This document shows positions 29,383-37,884 of a stretch of 43,635 bases of DNA, in pieces. Position 1 is the stretch's first letter. The number at the start of each line of letters is the position of its first letter. The stretch is taken from positions 1 to 43,635 of the IMG/VR virus record IMGVR_UViG_3300047552_000156. One strand, 5' to 3'. Position numbers and translations under genes: made by a program. The notes under the pieces are model-generated. The model did no database searches. It was not told the DNA's origin and saw only the letters and a list, made by a program, of their open reading frames with translations. Origin of the DNA: a virus. Lineage: Duplodnaviria; Caudoviricetes.

Positions 29383-29743
29383 GGCTGATTCCGGTTTCAA
29401 TCGTCAGCGTCATGCCGCCAGAGTTTTCGACTTCCTGCTTGTCCTTCCAGCCGAAGTTTTTCAGGGCGAAGATAGCACCAGCCCCGCCACCGTTAATCAG
29501 TCTGATTTCGTATTCATGCTCGACAATAGCCTTCGCTCTTTTTACGGAGTCAGGAAACCCGTCATAAGCAAGGTACTCGTCAAGCGACTGGCGAGAGTTC
29601 AGGCCGAGATGCAGGATAAGACCAAGCAGCGTGATCGGCTGGTCGTTCGCCAAGCGATCAGCAACATACTCATCGACGAGGCGATCCATTTCAGCAGGAG
29701 AGGCGATCTTGCGCGGTCTGCCTCCGAGATTTTTTTGAGTCAT
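29369..29743 (-). CDS. terS: Terminase small subunit (P22 gp3-like DNA-packaging protein)
   Basis: GGRPRK N-terminus, TLLGLILHLG, IFALKNFGWKDKQEV; directly upstream of terL; GGAG RBS. Confidence 0.85.
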   Translation of the reverse strand: MTQKNLGGRPRKIASPAEMDRLVDEYVADRLANDQPITLLGLILHLGLNSRQSLDEYLAYDGFPDSVKRAKAIVEHEYEIRLINGGGAGAIFALKNFGWKDKQEVENSGGMTLTIETGISRDSD

Positions 29744-29760
29744 GTTAATGCTCCGGTTTA

Positions 29761-29991
29761 GGCGAGCAATTCGCCCGAATGACAAAATGACAAAATGACA
29801 GATTTTTCCGGTTACTTTCTCTATGTGTGCGCGCACACGTCACGCGTATATAGTGATTCATAATAGGAAAATTTTGTCATTTTTGTCATCGCGTTGATTA
29901 TAAAGGATTTTTTTTCTTCAGTTTTGTCATTGGTTTTGTCACTGGCGGCTGGCTATGACGCAAATGACAAAATGACAATTTTTTCCGGTTA
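29761..29991. promoter_or_regulatory. Putative replication origin with ATGACAAA-type iterons
   Basis: Ten TGAC-core repeats in both orientations around an AT-rich tract, right after the primase-helicase gene. Confidence 0.75.
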
Positions 29992-29996
29992 AGTTT

Positions 29997-32345
29997 TCAC
30001 TCGAATGTCTGGCCTCCAACCATGATTCCGGTTAGGTCGCGTGACTTCGATGTGCGATGTTCGCTGAACCCTCGACCTTCCAATTTTGACTTGAGCGCCT
30101 TTTTCTTGCCGATGAATTCGCCGTTACGCTCGCACCAGTCCTTGTATGATTCATACAGCGCCTGCATCGGTGCGGAGCAATGCGGCCCAACTGTGCAGCA
30201 TTCGTCGATCCACTGAGCGATTGTGTCCTCGTCGCCAAGGTAGCAATCGGTATGATCCTTAACAATCGCAGGTGGCGCGAGGCCGTCACGCTGCCACATC
30301 AAGCAGCCCTCGATCATCCACTTCAGAATGCCACCGGCTTCGGCTTTCAGTTTCTCAGACAGGAACGGATCGCGTTCGCTGGCAGGAATTGATACCGTGA
30401 ATGGGATCAGGTGCAGACGACGACGGATTGCCTCATCGACAGCGCGAAACGCTGGTTTATGGTTGCCTGCAATTACCAGCTTGAATTGCGGAATGAACGT
30501 GAAGTGATCCTGCCGCATGAAGTTAGCCGTGATCGGATCGCCTCCTGTGAGCGATTTAATACGAGCCTCGGCCCATCGCTTTCCTTCCTCAGTTTCCTGT
30601 GCGCTGACTAGGCGCGAGCCTACCAGACGGGCCAGTTCTGTGAGGTGTCGGTCGCCTTTTGATTCGGTGAATGTCTCAGCACTGGCAACCTGCTGATAGT
30701 CGGCCATGATTGACGTTATCGTGTTCAGGAATGTTCCCTTTCCGTTCCCGCCTGTGCCATACACGAAAAACAGCGCGTGTTCCCGCACGACGCCGGTAAG
30801 GACGTAGCCGCACATGCGCTGGAGGAACGCTTGCAGTTCCTTGTCGCCAGCGGTCGCTGTGTCGAGGAATTTCAGCCACGTCGGGCATGATCCTGACGGA
30901 CTGACGGACGTTGATTTCGTGATCTTGTCTTCGCGTCGATGCGGTCGCTGTGATCCGTCGCGCAGATCGACAACGCAATCAGGCGTGTTGATAAGCCACA
31001 TATCAGCATCCCACTCATTCGGATGCGTAGCGCAGCGGCGATCCATCTTCGCAAGCTGCTCAACCGATTTGATTGTGCGGAAACTGGACAACTGGTTCGC
31101 CTGACGGATGCGTGCTTTCTGATCCTGTTCAGGACGGCCCAGCAGTTCGGTGGCGATTGCCATGCTGGTCGAGCGAACGAGATCAGGAACGATCAGCGTT
31201 TCGTCTTTTACCCAACGATTGCCCTGCCATACCATCCAGCGGCCCCACGTTTCGCACCACAGCACGTCGCCCTGCATGTGACCGACGAAGCGAATGGCGA
31301 TGTCTGAGTCTGAGTATTCAGGCGCGTAGCCGTTCGTGTCGATCTGGATGACTGGCGCTGACGGTTTCGGAGACTGTTCGATAATCTCGCCGGTATCGTA
31401 GTCGATGACTGACGGATATGGAGCGGCCAGCAGTTTCGGCTTGACTACGAACTCAGTGGCGCGTGGCTTTGCGAAGTCAGCGAATTGCTTGAACGTGGTG
31501 AAGCCTGTGTCGGCAGCATCGTACCCATCAGCAAGGCCAGTCACGTCGATGATCTTGATTTCAGGGCAGTGACCGACAAGGCGCTCGGCAATTTCATTCA
31601 TAACCTCGACGCCAGCAGCATCAGCGTCAGGCCAGAGCAGGAGTTTCTTTCCGTGCAGAACAGTGAAGTCGGTTTTGTGCGAAGCCTTCGCGCCGCCACT
31701 CCACGTCATAACGGAATAATTCTTTCCGGCAAACATACGAGCCGCATCACATGCCTTCTCGCCCTCAACCAACAGGACGCGCTCGGCATTCTCTACGGTT
31801 TCAAGCCCATACATCGGACGCGGTTCAGGGAATTGCTTCTTTGTCCAACCATGTTCCTGCGTATAGACAAACGGAACGATTGACTTCCTTCCAGTCGTAG
31901 GATCATATCGTGCAATGTATCCAAGCGTTTCATGGTTCTGGTCGAGATACTGCCACACGGCTGATGCGTTACCGAAGTCAGGCGGTTCAGCAGTCTCAGG
32001 GCACGGCAGAATGAACGTCAGTGCTGGTTCGGATTGAACTGGTTTTTTCGGAGCAGGCATCGACATGCACTTCGGAGCGTGACCATTCGACAACTGTTTG
32101 AACGCATCACCCTGACTGATACCCTCGGCAGCAGCGTACAAGCTGATGAAATCTCCACCAGCCTCTCCTGTTGCGAAGTCAGACCATTTTCCAGTGTTTA
32201 GATTGATACTAAGAGAATCCCCTGCCCTTCCCTGAAGATCGCCTACTTTGTATTCATTGCTTGATTTGTTGCCAGCAGGAAACCATTCGCGGCATAGAGT
32301 TTCTGAGCGTGCCAGCAGTTCGCTGGCTAGAGATTGGAAATCCAT
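29997..32345 (-). CDS. Primase-helicase (TOPRIM plus P4/D5-type SF3 helicase)
   Basis: VLLVEGEK and WPDAD TOPRIM motifs; D5_N-like region; Walker A GTGGNGKGT; start refined to MDFQSL. Confidence 0.9.
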   Translation of the reverse strand: MDFQSLASELLARSETLCREWFPAGNKSSNEYKVGDLQGRAGDSLSINLNTGKWSDFATGEAGGDFISLYAAAEGISQGDAFKQLSNGHAPKCMSMPAPKKPVQSEPALTFILPCPETAEPPDFGNASAVWQYLDQNHETLGYIARYDPTTGRKSIVPFVYTQEHGWTKKQFPEPRPMYGLETVENAERVLLVEGEKACDAARMFAGKNYSVMTWSGGAKASHKTDFTVLHGKKLLLWPDADAAGVEVMNEIAERLVGHCPEIKIIDVTGLADGYDAADTGFTTFKQFADFAKPRATEFVVKPKLLAAPYPSVIDYDTGEIIEQSPKPSAPVIQIDTNGYAPEYSDSDIAIRFVGHMQGDVLWCETWGRWMVWQGNRWVKDETLIVPDLVRSTSMAIATELLGRPEQDQKARIRQANQLSSFRTIKSVEQLAKMDRRCATHPNEWDADMWLINTPDCVVDLRDGSQRPHRREDKITKSTSVSPSGSCPTWLKFLDTATAGDKELQAFLQRMCGYVLTGVVREHALFFVYGTGGNGKGTFLNTITSIMADYQQVASAETFTESKGDRHLTELARLVGSRLVSAQETEEGKRWAEARIKSLTGGDPITANFMRQDHFTFIPQFKLVIAGNHKPAFRAVDEAIRRRLHLIPFTVSIPASERDPFLSEKLKAEAGGILKWMIEGCLMWQRDGLAPPAIVKDHTDCYLGDEDTIAQWIDECCTVGPHCSAPMQALYESYKDWCERNGEFIGKKKALKSKLEGRGFSEHRTSKSRDLTGIMVGGQTFE

Positions 32346-32355
32346 AGCGCCCCCG

Positions 32356-32778
32356 TTATTCGGAAACGCGAGGACGGAAAACGACAACAGCAGAAGGGAA
32401 TGGCGCTGAGTTTTTATGACCGCCAAACTTCAGCCGACCGCGAATAAACGTCACCTCTCCCTTGATGCAGTAGTCATGCCACCATGCAGTATCTGTTCTG
32501 GCCGGAAGAAGGCAAACTACAGTTCCTCCAGCCTCTCCGTGTTCGTAAGCCTTTTTAACCCACTCACCGATGCCGCGACCGTAAGGCGGATTCATCCAGC
32601 AAGTGCCTTTCCACTCTTGTGCAAGCCCATCTTGCTCCGGAGTAAAGTAATTTGCACATTTTGCGTTTTCAGGCAAAGCGCAGACATCAGTAGTAAAGTT
32701 GAATTTATTATTCAATCCGTTGAAGAACTCAACAGGTGTAGCCCACAAGTCAGTGGCGCTAGAAAAATGTACGTTCAT
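32356..32778 (-). CDS. Phage DNA N6-adenine methyltransferase
   Basis: W.TP, DVCA, NPPY catalytic motif, LLPARTDT.WW, FIRGRLKF, SAPFPS. Confidence 0.9.
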   Translation of the reverse strand: MNVHFSSATDLWATPVEFFNGLNNKFNFTTDVCALPENAKCANYFTPEQDGLAQEWKGTCWMNPPYGRGIGEWVKKAYEHGEAGGTVVCLLPARTDTAWWHDYCIKGEVTFIRGRLKFGGHKNSAPFPSAVVVFRPRVSE

Positions 32779-32808
32779 AATATTCCCCAAGGTAGATAGG
32801 CGCTAAAA

Positions 32809-32876
32809 AGGTGGGGCAACCCGCGCCTTGGTCGTTAGGTCTTGTCATCCGGTAGCGAACCGAATCAAGCCCCGTT
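32809..32876 (-). ncRNA. Candidate structured RNA element (copy B)
   Basis: AACGGGGCTT...TGCCCCACCT closing stem with internal hairpin ATTCGGT/ACCGGAT, followed by a T-run. Confidence 0.4.
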
Positions 32877-32881
32877 ATCTA

Positions 32882-33199
32882 TTATGCACCACACGATGCG
32901 ATAAGCGCAACGGCATCCTCAACAGAACGAGCGATACCGGCGATTCCACCAGCAGCGACGACAGCCTCGATGAACGCGACCTGCTCCGGACGCACGCGGC
33001 CAGTCGGAGTCTTGACCTCGACGGCTAGGAAGCGTCCATCTGGAGACACGCCGATCAGATCGCTGGAGCCGACGCACAGGCCGAAACGAATACGGCTACC
33101 GTCTGATGCAGTCGCCGTTCCTGTGTTGTTGCGGAAGATCAAGCAGCCCCGTTCTGACAGGGCCAGCATGATGCGTTGCTGTATGGCTTGCTCATTCAC
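32882..33199 (-). CDS. VRR-NUC nuclease
   Basis: FRNNTG, GSSDLIG, AVEVKT, Q..F motifs; GTG start inferred. Confidence 0.88.
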   Translation of the reverse strand: MNEQAIQQRIMLALSERGCLIFRNNTGTATASDGSRIRFGLCVGSSDLIGVSPDGRFLAVEVKTPTGRVRPEQVAFIEAVVAAGGIAGIARSVEDAVALIASCGA

Positions 33200-33485
33200 G
33201 GCACGCAATCTCCGCACCGCAGGCCAGATACCCGATACCGTCAGTCCAACTGTCGGCGTGCGTTTTGTTCGCCGTCAGCCTGCCGATCTTCATAAGCGCC
33301 ATCAGCACGGCCACGTCAGACGCATTCAGTTCGACAGACAGCATCGTGCGTCGCGTGAGATAGACCGACCACAGTTCAGCAATCGTCTGAAAGTTATCCT
33401 CAGGTTCGCCGTACTGCGAATTGCGATCCACGGTGACGATTTCCAGCGCCTGTTCCAGCACTGACTGGCGGCTAATTTTTCCCAT
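33192..33485 (-). CDS. DUF6378-like phage protein
   Basis: DRNSQYGEPEDNF..IA.LW, MALMKIGR, DSWTDGIGY motifs. Confidence 0.75.
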   Translation of the reverse strand: MGKISRQSVLEQALEIVTVDRNSQYGEPEDNFQTIAELWSVYLTRRTMLSVELNASDVAVLMALMKIGRLTANKTHADSWTDGIGYLACGAEIACRE

Positions 33486-33681
33486 TGATTTGTTCCATCC
33501 GTTTAATGCGTTCGTAATCTGCTCGGCAGTCGGAGTCGCAGAAGTTATTTCCTGCTGGCGTACCTTCACCGCAGGAATAGCACTGGCCGACATACGCGAG
33601 CGAAGATCGGTTACGCACCGCTGCAAGCTGAAAAGAAAGCTCCAGGGCGATGCGCTCATCTGACAGGTCAGCTTCGTCCAT
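33472..33681 (-). CDS. Small C4 zinc-finger protein (DksA/TraR-like)
   Basis: MDEAD N-terminus, CYSC...FCDSDC. Confidence 0.7.
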   Translation of the reverse strand: MDEADLSDERIALELSFQLAAVRNRSSLAYVGQCYSCGEGTPAGNNFCDSDCRADYERIKRMEQINGKN

Positions 33682-33682
33682 C

Positions 33683-33952
33683 TCAGAACGGGATATCATC
33701 CGCGTCTTCATTGACGTAAGCGTTCGCCTTCGCCTTACCGTGATCGGTATTGCCCTGTGCGGTTTCCTTCGGCTTAATAGAGAACGACAGAGCCGGAGCC
33801 TTCGCAGACGCATCAGGCTTGCGCTTCCAAGCAGACACCCAGTATTCCACGCCATCGACGTTCAGCGAGCCGGTGAAATCCGGATGCGTGTCCTTTTCCT
33901 TCTTGTCGTTTTTCCAGATTGAACCGCGGTTTTCGTTTGAATATTCAGCCAT
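33683..33952 (-). CDS. Small single-stranded DNA-binding-like protein
   Basis: HPDFTG..NVDG.EYWVSAW; acidic C-terminal tail DADDIPF as in SSBs. Confidence 0.7.
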   Translation of the reverse strand: MAEYSNENRGSIWKNDKKEKDTHPDFTGSLNVDGVEYWVSAWKRKPDASAKAPALSFSIKPKETAQGNTDHGKAKANAYVNEDADDIPF

Positions 33953-33984
33953 TTAAATGCTCCTGTTGTAAAAAAGTAATTAAG

Positions 33985-34003
33985 CGTTGCGATTATAGCA
34001 CCG
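33985..34003 (-). promoter_or_regulatory. Extended -10 promoter (TGcTATAAT) inside a degenerate operator CGTTG-N9-CACCG
   Basis: Intergenic, upstream of the SSB-like gene. Confidence 0.65.
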
Positions 34004-34005
34004 CG

Positions 34006-35376
34006 TTAGCCGCGCTGCCTAGCGGAATAGACGTGTTTAGCCCACCCGACAGGATTCTTGAATCCCCTGCGCGAGCCTAGCGCGATCAGTTCATCCAACG
34101 TCTGTGCCGATCCCTGTTCCCTGCGAGACTGACGGCGCATCGCCTCGATATCAACTTCCTGAAGCGTGCCTTCTTCCTGCTCGATGACACGCGCTTTCGG
34201 TACGAACACATGGCCGCAGCGACACTGCGAAACAGCAGCACGCACGACAGCGAAACACCGAGGACACTGACGAATGCCTATTTCGTCCGGATCGCGCGGT
34301 CTGGATTTTTTGTCTTTGCCTTCTAGTGACCACTCTCTGATGTCAGTCGGAAGGCCGTGAGTCTGAACCATACCGGCGTGATCCAAAATGATGCAGTCCG
34401 TTTTTCCTTGATGCGTTCGCAATCCGCGACCGACTGACTGGAGATATTTCGTCAGTGACTTAGATGGAGACATCAGCGAAATGCAGGACACGTTCGGCGC
34501 ATCAACTCCGGCAACCCACAGGGCGCAGTTCGTAACCACATCGACGCGACCGTTCCTAAGATCGTCAAGCGCCTTGCGTCTGTCTGCCTTGTCAGAGTCA
34601 CCACTGACCGCAACGGAGCGAATGCCTGCCTGCCGGTATTGCTCCGCAACGTGATTCGCATGTTCAATCGAGCAGCAGAACGCAATCGTCGGCCTGCCTG
34701 CCGCTATCTTCTTCCAGTGCGAAACCGCATCGCCAATGATCTTTGGCTTATCGACCACAGCGTTCAGGTCGTTTTTTGCATAGTCTCCGGCCACTGTGCG
34801 AACGCCTGACAGATCGACAGTAGATGGCGCGTAATACCTGATCGGAGCGAGCAGCCCCTCATCAATCAAGTCCTGCGTGCTGCAAGTTGGGATGATGGTG
34901 TCGGCAATCTCGCCAAGGCCACGACCGTCAAGGCGTTCAGGCGTTGCAGTCAGAAGCAGAAGAAGCGGATTGCCCAAACCATTGATTACTTTTTTGTATG
35001 TGTCGGCCACAGACAAATGCGCTTCATCAATGATAAGCAAGTCCGGAGGCGGCAGATTCTTGATGCGTCGCACAGCCGTCTGAACTGACACAACCTGAAC
35101 AGGAAGTCGCAGATCGCCTGCATACCCTGACATGATGAATCCATGCCGGATTTTTTCTGCGGCCAGCTTGCGGCTAGTGTCTTCAAGAATCTCGGTTATG
35201 TGCGCCATGAACCAGACACGCTTACCCCGCGACACAGCCGACCTGACTATCTCGGCAGAGGTATGAGTTTTCCCGAATCCGGTGGCTGCGACTAGGACAG
35301 GCGCACGGTAGCCAGCGCGGTACGCAGCGCGAACGTCCTCAATGGCTTTGATCTGGCGTGGGCGTAGTCCGTTCAT
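34006..35376 (-). CDS. Superfamily 2 (DEAH) helicase with C-terminal zinc finger
   Basis: ATGFGKT, IIDEAH, TATP, QSVGRGLR and CPRC motifs; start refined to MNGLRPRQ. Confidence 0.92.
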   Translation of the reverse strand: MNGLRPRQIKAIEDVRAAYRAGYRAPVLVAATGFGKTHTSAEIVRSAVSRGKRVWFMAHITEILEDTSRKLAAEKIRHGFIMSGYAGDLRLPVQVVSVQTAVRRIKNLPPPDLLIIDEAHLSVADTYKKVINGLGNPLLLLLTATPERLDGRGLGEIADTIIPTCSTQDLIDEGLLAPIRYYAPSTVDLSGVRTVAGDYAKNDLNAVVDKPKIIGDAVSHWKKIAAGRPTIAFCCSIEHANHVAEQYRQAGIRSVAVSGDSDKADRRKALDDLRNGRVDVVTNCALWVAGVDAPNVSCISLMSPSKSLTKYLQSVGRGLRTHQGKTDCIILDHAGMVQTHGLPTDIREWSLEGKDKKSRPRDPDEIGIRQCPRCFAVVRAAVSQCRCGHVFVPKARVIEQEEGTLQEVDIEAMRRQSRREQGSAQTLDELIALGSRRGFKNPVGWAKHVYSARQRG

Positions 35377-35591
35377 TCCCGCCAATCCCCCCTGCCCCCG
35401 CGATTGCCCTTGATCCACTGAACTTTGCAGACGCGCTCCAACTCAGCGCGACAGGAAGCGCCGCGACTCTTTTCAACCTTGATGAAATAGTCCGTGACGA
35501 ACGGCCTACCTTTTGTCTGTCGCCACTGAAGCACTTGCCGCACCTCGCATTGATGGCGGTGCACTTCTAAAGTCGAGGAAGACTCAGGCAT
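35373..35591 (-). CDS. Hypothetical protein
   Basis: 72 aa, overlaps both neighbouring genes; HRHQCEVR...QWIKGNRG. Confidence 0.65.
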   Translation of the reverse strand: MPESSSTLEVHRHQCEVRQVLQWRQTKGRPFVTDYFIKVEKSRGASCRAELERVCKVQWIKGNRGGRGDWRE

Positions 35592-35808
35592 CGTCGCCGC
35601 CTATCAAGCGTGCGCGGTCAATGGGCAATCCGGCTACTTTCGCGGCAGCTAGGATTTTCCGAATTTGACGAGTCGGCACATCGCCGCCAGTACCCTTCTC
35701 GCTGATTGGCTTTCTCCAACGGCTGACGGTTGAGTGATCGACGTGAATGGCGCGTGCGAGAGGCCGAACTCCTCCGAACAGTGTGATTACATAATCGGCT
35801 GGTGACAT
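35584..35808 (-). CDS. Cro-like HTH regulator
   Basis: FGGVRPLARAIHVDHSTVSRW helix-turn-helix; divergent from the repressor; GGAG RBS before MSPADY. Confidence 0.8.
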   Translation of the reverse strand: MSPADYVITLFGGVRPLARAIHVDHSTVSRWRKPISEKGTGGDVPTRQIRKILAAAKVAGLPIDRARLIGGDDA

Positions 35809-35830
35809 ATGAACTCCATAATTAACGGTG

Positions 35831-35895
35831 TGTTGATTATATCGCACCATCTTAACGATTGTGCAAGCGGAACGTGTGGTGTATCTATCTCACCA
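35831..35895. promoter_or_regulatory. Divergent cI/cro control region with two operators and a leftward promoter
   Basis: TGTTG-N9-CACCA (35831-35849) and TGGTG-N9-CACCA (35877-35895); minus-strand TTGCAC-19-TATAAT. Confidence 0.75.
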
Positions 35896-36479
35896 TGCCA
35901 ATCGACACTCAGTATTTCAAAGATCGCCTTGCCGATAGGCGCATGTCACAGCGCGAACTGGCGCGGAAACTCGGCATCGACCACAGCGCGGTATCTCTGA
36001 TGCTGCGCGGCAAACGACGTATGACGCTGACCGAGGCCGCAGATATAGCGCGGCTGATCGGAGCGCCTGCCAGTGAAGTGATCGCGCACGCTGGCGTCCG
36101 TATGGATTCAGACGGAGCTATGGTTTCAATCGCCGGATGGATGGACGGCACAGGCGAGGTGCATTCGCTGGAAGCTGGCGACAGCGTTCCGATACCGAGC
36201 AGGGAGTTGCCGTGCGACACCATGGCCGTTCAGTGCCGCACGTCGGGAGGTGATCTGGAACACATGGACGGATGGATATTATTCTCAGCCATGCCTCGCG
36301 GTTTCGATCCGGCAGCGATTGGCCGTACGTCGCTGGTCAGGCTGCGGAACGGCCAGATGCGGATTGGGTTTGTGAAACGGTCATATAAAACGGCGAGATA
36401 TTCACTGGCACTGAGCGCGTCCGTGCTGACAGACGCAGACCTTGAATGGGCGACTCCAATTATTTTTATCAGGACGTGA
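35895..36479 (+). CDS. CI-like repressor (XRE HTH plus S24-like C-terminal domain)
   Basis: MSQRELARKLGIDHSAVSLMLRGKR HTH; C-terminal region resembles a degenerate S24 fold; no RBS before ATG 35895. Confidence 0.85.
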   Translation: MPIDTQYFKDRLADRRMSQRELARKLGIDHSAVSLMLRGKRRMTLTEAADIARLIGAPASEVIAHAGVRMDSDGAMVSIAGWMDGTGEVHSLEAGDSVPIPSRELPCDTMAVQCRTSGGDLEHMDGWILFSAMPRGFDPAAIGRTSLVRLRNGQMRIGFVKRSYKTARYSLALSASVLTDADLEWATPIIFIRT

Positions 36480-36488
36480 AAAAAAGTA

Positions 36489-36524
36489 TTGCAACGTAGG
36501 AAATGTGGTGCTAATATCTCACCA
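36489..36524 (+). promoter_or_regulatory. Early rightward sigma70 promoter with operator
   Basis: TTGCAA-17-TAATAT with extended TG; TGGTG-N9-CACCA at 36506-36524. Confidence 0.8.
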
Positions 36525-36561
36525 TGCGTTACGGAAACGCGACAACGAAAGAGGTGAGGAA

Positions 36562-36747
36562 ATGAAATCTTGGTTTGAAATTAACGGCGAATTGCTTGCA
36601 AAGAACACGACAAAGAAAGATGCCAACTTTGCCCTTACAGCAATGCTAAACGGAAAACGAGTTATCGTTTCTTTGCACAAAACCGAAAACTACGGAACGG
36701 TTAGCAACTCGTCTTTAACAGACCTTCAGATTGCAAAGCGAATTTAA
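36562..36747 (+). CDS. Small early hypothetical protein
   Basis: 61 aa (MKSWFEING...); GAGG RBS; first gene after the promoter. Confidence 0.7.
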   Translation: MKSWFEINGELLAKNTTKKDANFALTAMLNGKRVIVSLHKTENYGTVSNSSLTDLQIAKRI

Positions 36748-36820
36748 AACGGCCCCGCAGCCTCAAGCGAACAGTCCAACGGTACTGCACAACCGATCTT
36801 AATTAACAGGAGATAACGAA

Positions 36821-37060
36821 ATGAATTTCATCGAAGAATACGAAGCCGAGTTACTGGCAAAGGCGCAAGCCGAGATCGCCGCCGAAGATGCTGACCCAGA
36901 AGTTAAGGCCAAGCGCAAAGCAAGAATTGAACAATGGGAAAAAGAATGCGCCGAAGCTGAAGACCGTGATCCGCGCAACGACGACCCAGAGTTTAGCGGC
37001 GACTTCCCGATTGATGACGACGAAGACGAAGACGAAGACGAAGACGAAGACGAAGACTAA
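36821..37060 (+). CDS. Highly acidic small early protein
   Basis: AGGAG RBS; 79 aa ending DDDEDEDEDEDEDED. Confidence 0.8.
   Translation: MNFIEEYEAELLAKAQAEIAAEDADPEVKAKRKARIEQWEKECAEAEDRDPRNDDPEFSGDFPIDDDEDEDEDEDEDED
37019..37057 (+). repeat. Hexanucleotide tandem repeat (GACGAA)6-GAC
   Basis: Read directly from the sequence. Confidence 0.95.
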
Positions 37061-37077
37061 CCACAGGAGCCAACGAA

Positions 37078-37884
37078 ATGAAAATCATCCGAGACATGAG
37101 CAACACCGAGTACCACGCCCACAGCGCGGTCAGCAAGTCGGTGCTGGACAAGATCGCCAAGTCGCCACTGCACTGCCGCGCCTATCTGGACGGCCAGCGC
37201 ACTGAGCCGACAGCGGCCATGCAGTTCGGCACTGCTCTGCACACCGCAGTGCTGGAACCTTCTGAGTTCCGCAAGCAGTTCGCAGTGTTCGACGGCGACC
37301 GTCGCACGGCAGCAGGCAAGGCAGAGTACGCCGCGCTGGTCGCCAGCAACAAGCAGATCATTACTCGCGCCGACAATGATGCGATTACCACAATGTCTGC
37401 TGCCGTTTTCGCACATCCGATTGCTGGCGAACTGCTGACGGACGGCCACGCAGAGTCGAGCGTGTTCTGGACGGACGCCGACACCGGCATCGAGTGCAAG
37501 TGCCGCCCTGACTGGTGGCGCAACGACCGTACCGTGATCGACGTGAAGACGACCGAGGACGCCAGCCCTGCCGGTTTCGCCAAGTCAGTCGCCGCGTTTC
37601 GGTATCACGTTCAGGCCGCGCACTATCTGGCCGGTACGCAGGCCAATCGTTTCGTATTCATCGCCGTCGAGAAGAAAGCGCCTTTCGCCGTCGCTGTATA
37701 TGAACTGGACGCCGTATCACTGGAAGTCGGCATGATGATCCGCAACGCTGACTTGCTCAGTTACAAGCTGGCCGCAGAGTCTAACTACTGGCCTAGCTAC
37801 TCAGAAAATATTGAAGTCCTGACGCTGCCAGCATGGGCGTTTCCTAAATCAACTGAAGAAGAAATCGAGGTAGAGTATGTCTGA
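37078..37884 (+). CDS. RecE/exonuclease VIII-like PD-(D/E)xK nuclease (DUF3799-like)
   Basis: EYH...SKS, FGTALH..VLEP, KCRPD, DVKTT, YHVQAAHY, FIAVEK motifs. Confidence 0.9.
   Translation: MKIIRDMSNTEYHAHSAVSKSVLDKIAKSPLHCRAYLDGQRTEPTAAMQFGTALHTAVLEPSEFRKQFAVFDGDRRTAAGKAEYAALVASNKQIITRADNDAITTMSAAVFAHPIAGELLTDGHAESSVFWTDADTGIECKCRPDWWRNDRTVIDVKTTEDASPAGFAKSVAAFRYHVQAAHYLAGTQANRFVFIAVEKKAPFAVAVYELDAVSLEVGMMIRNADLLSYKLAAESNYWPSYSENIEVLTLPAWAFPKSTEEEIEVEYV

Noticed and set aside
29744-29836. N-terminal extension of TerS in the ORF track
   Set aside because: It runs through the iteron region; a good RBS supports the ATG at 29743
36888-37205. Alternative-frame ORF with a (TK)n repeat
   Set aside because: Frame-shifted reading of the GACGAA repeat; the acidic frame has the RBS
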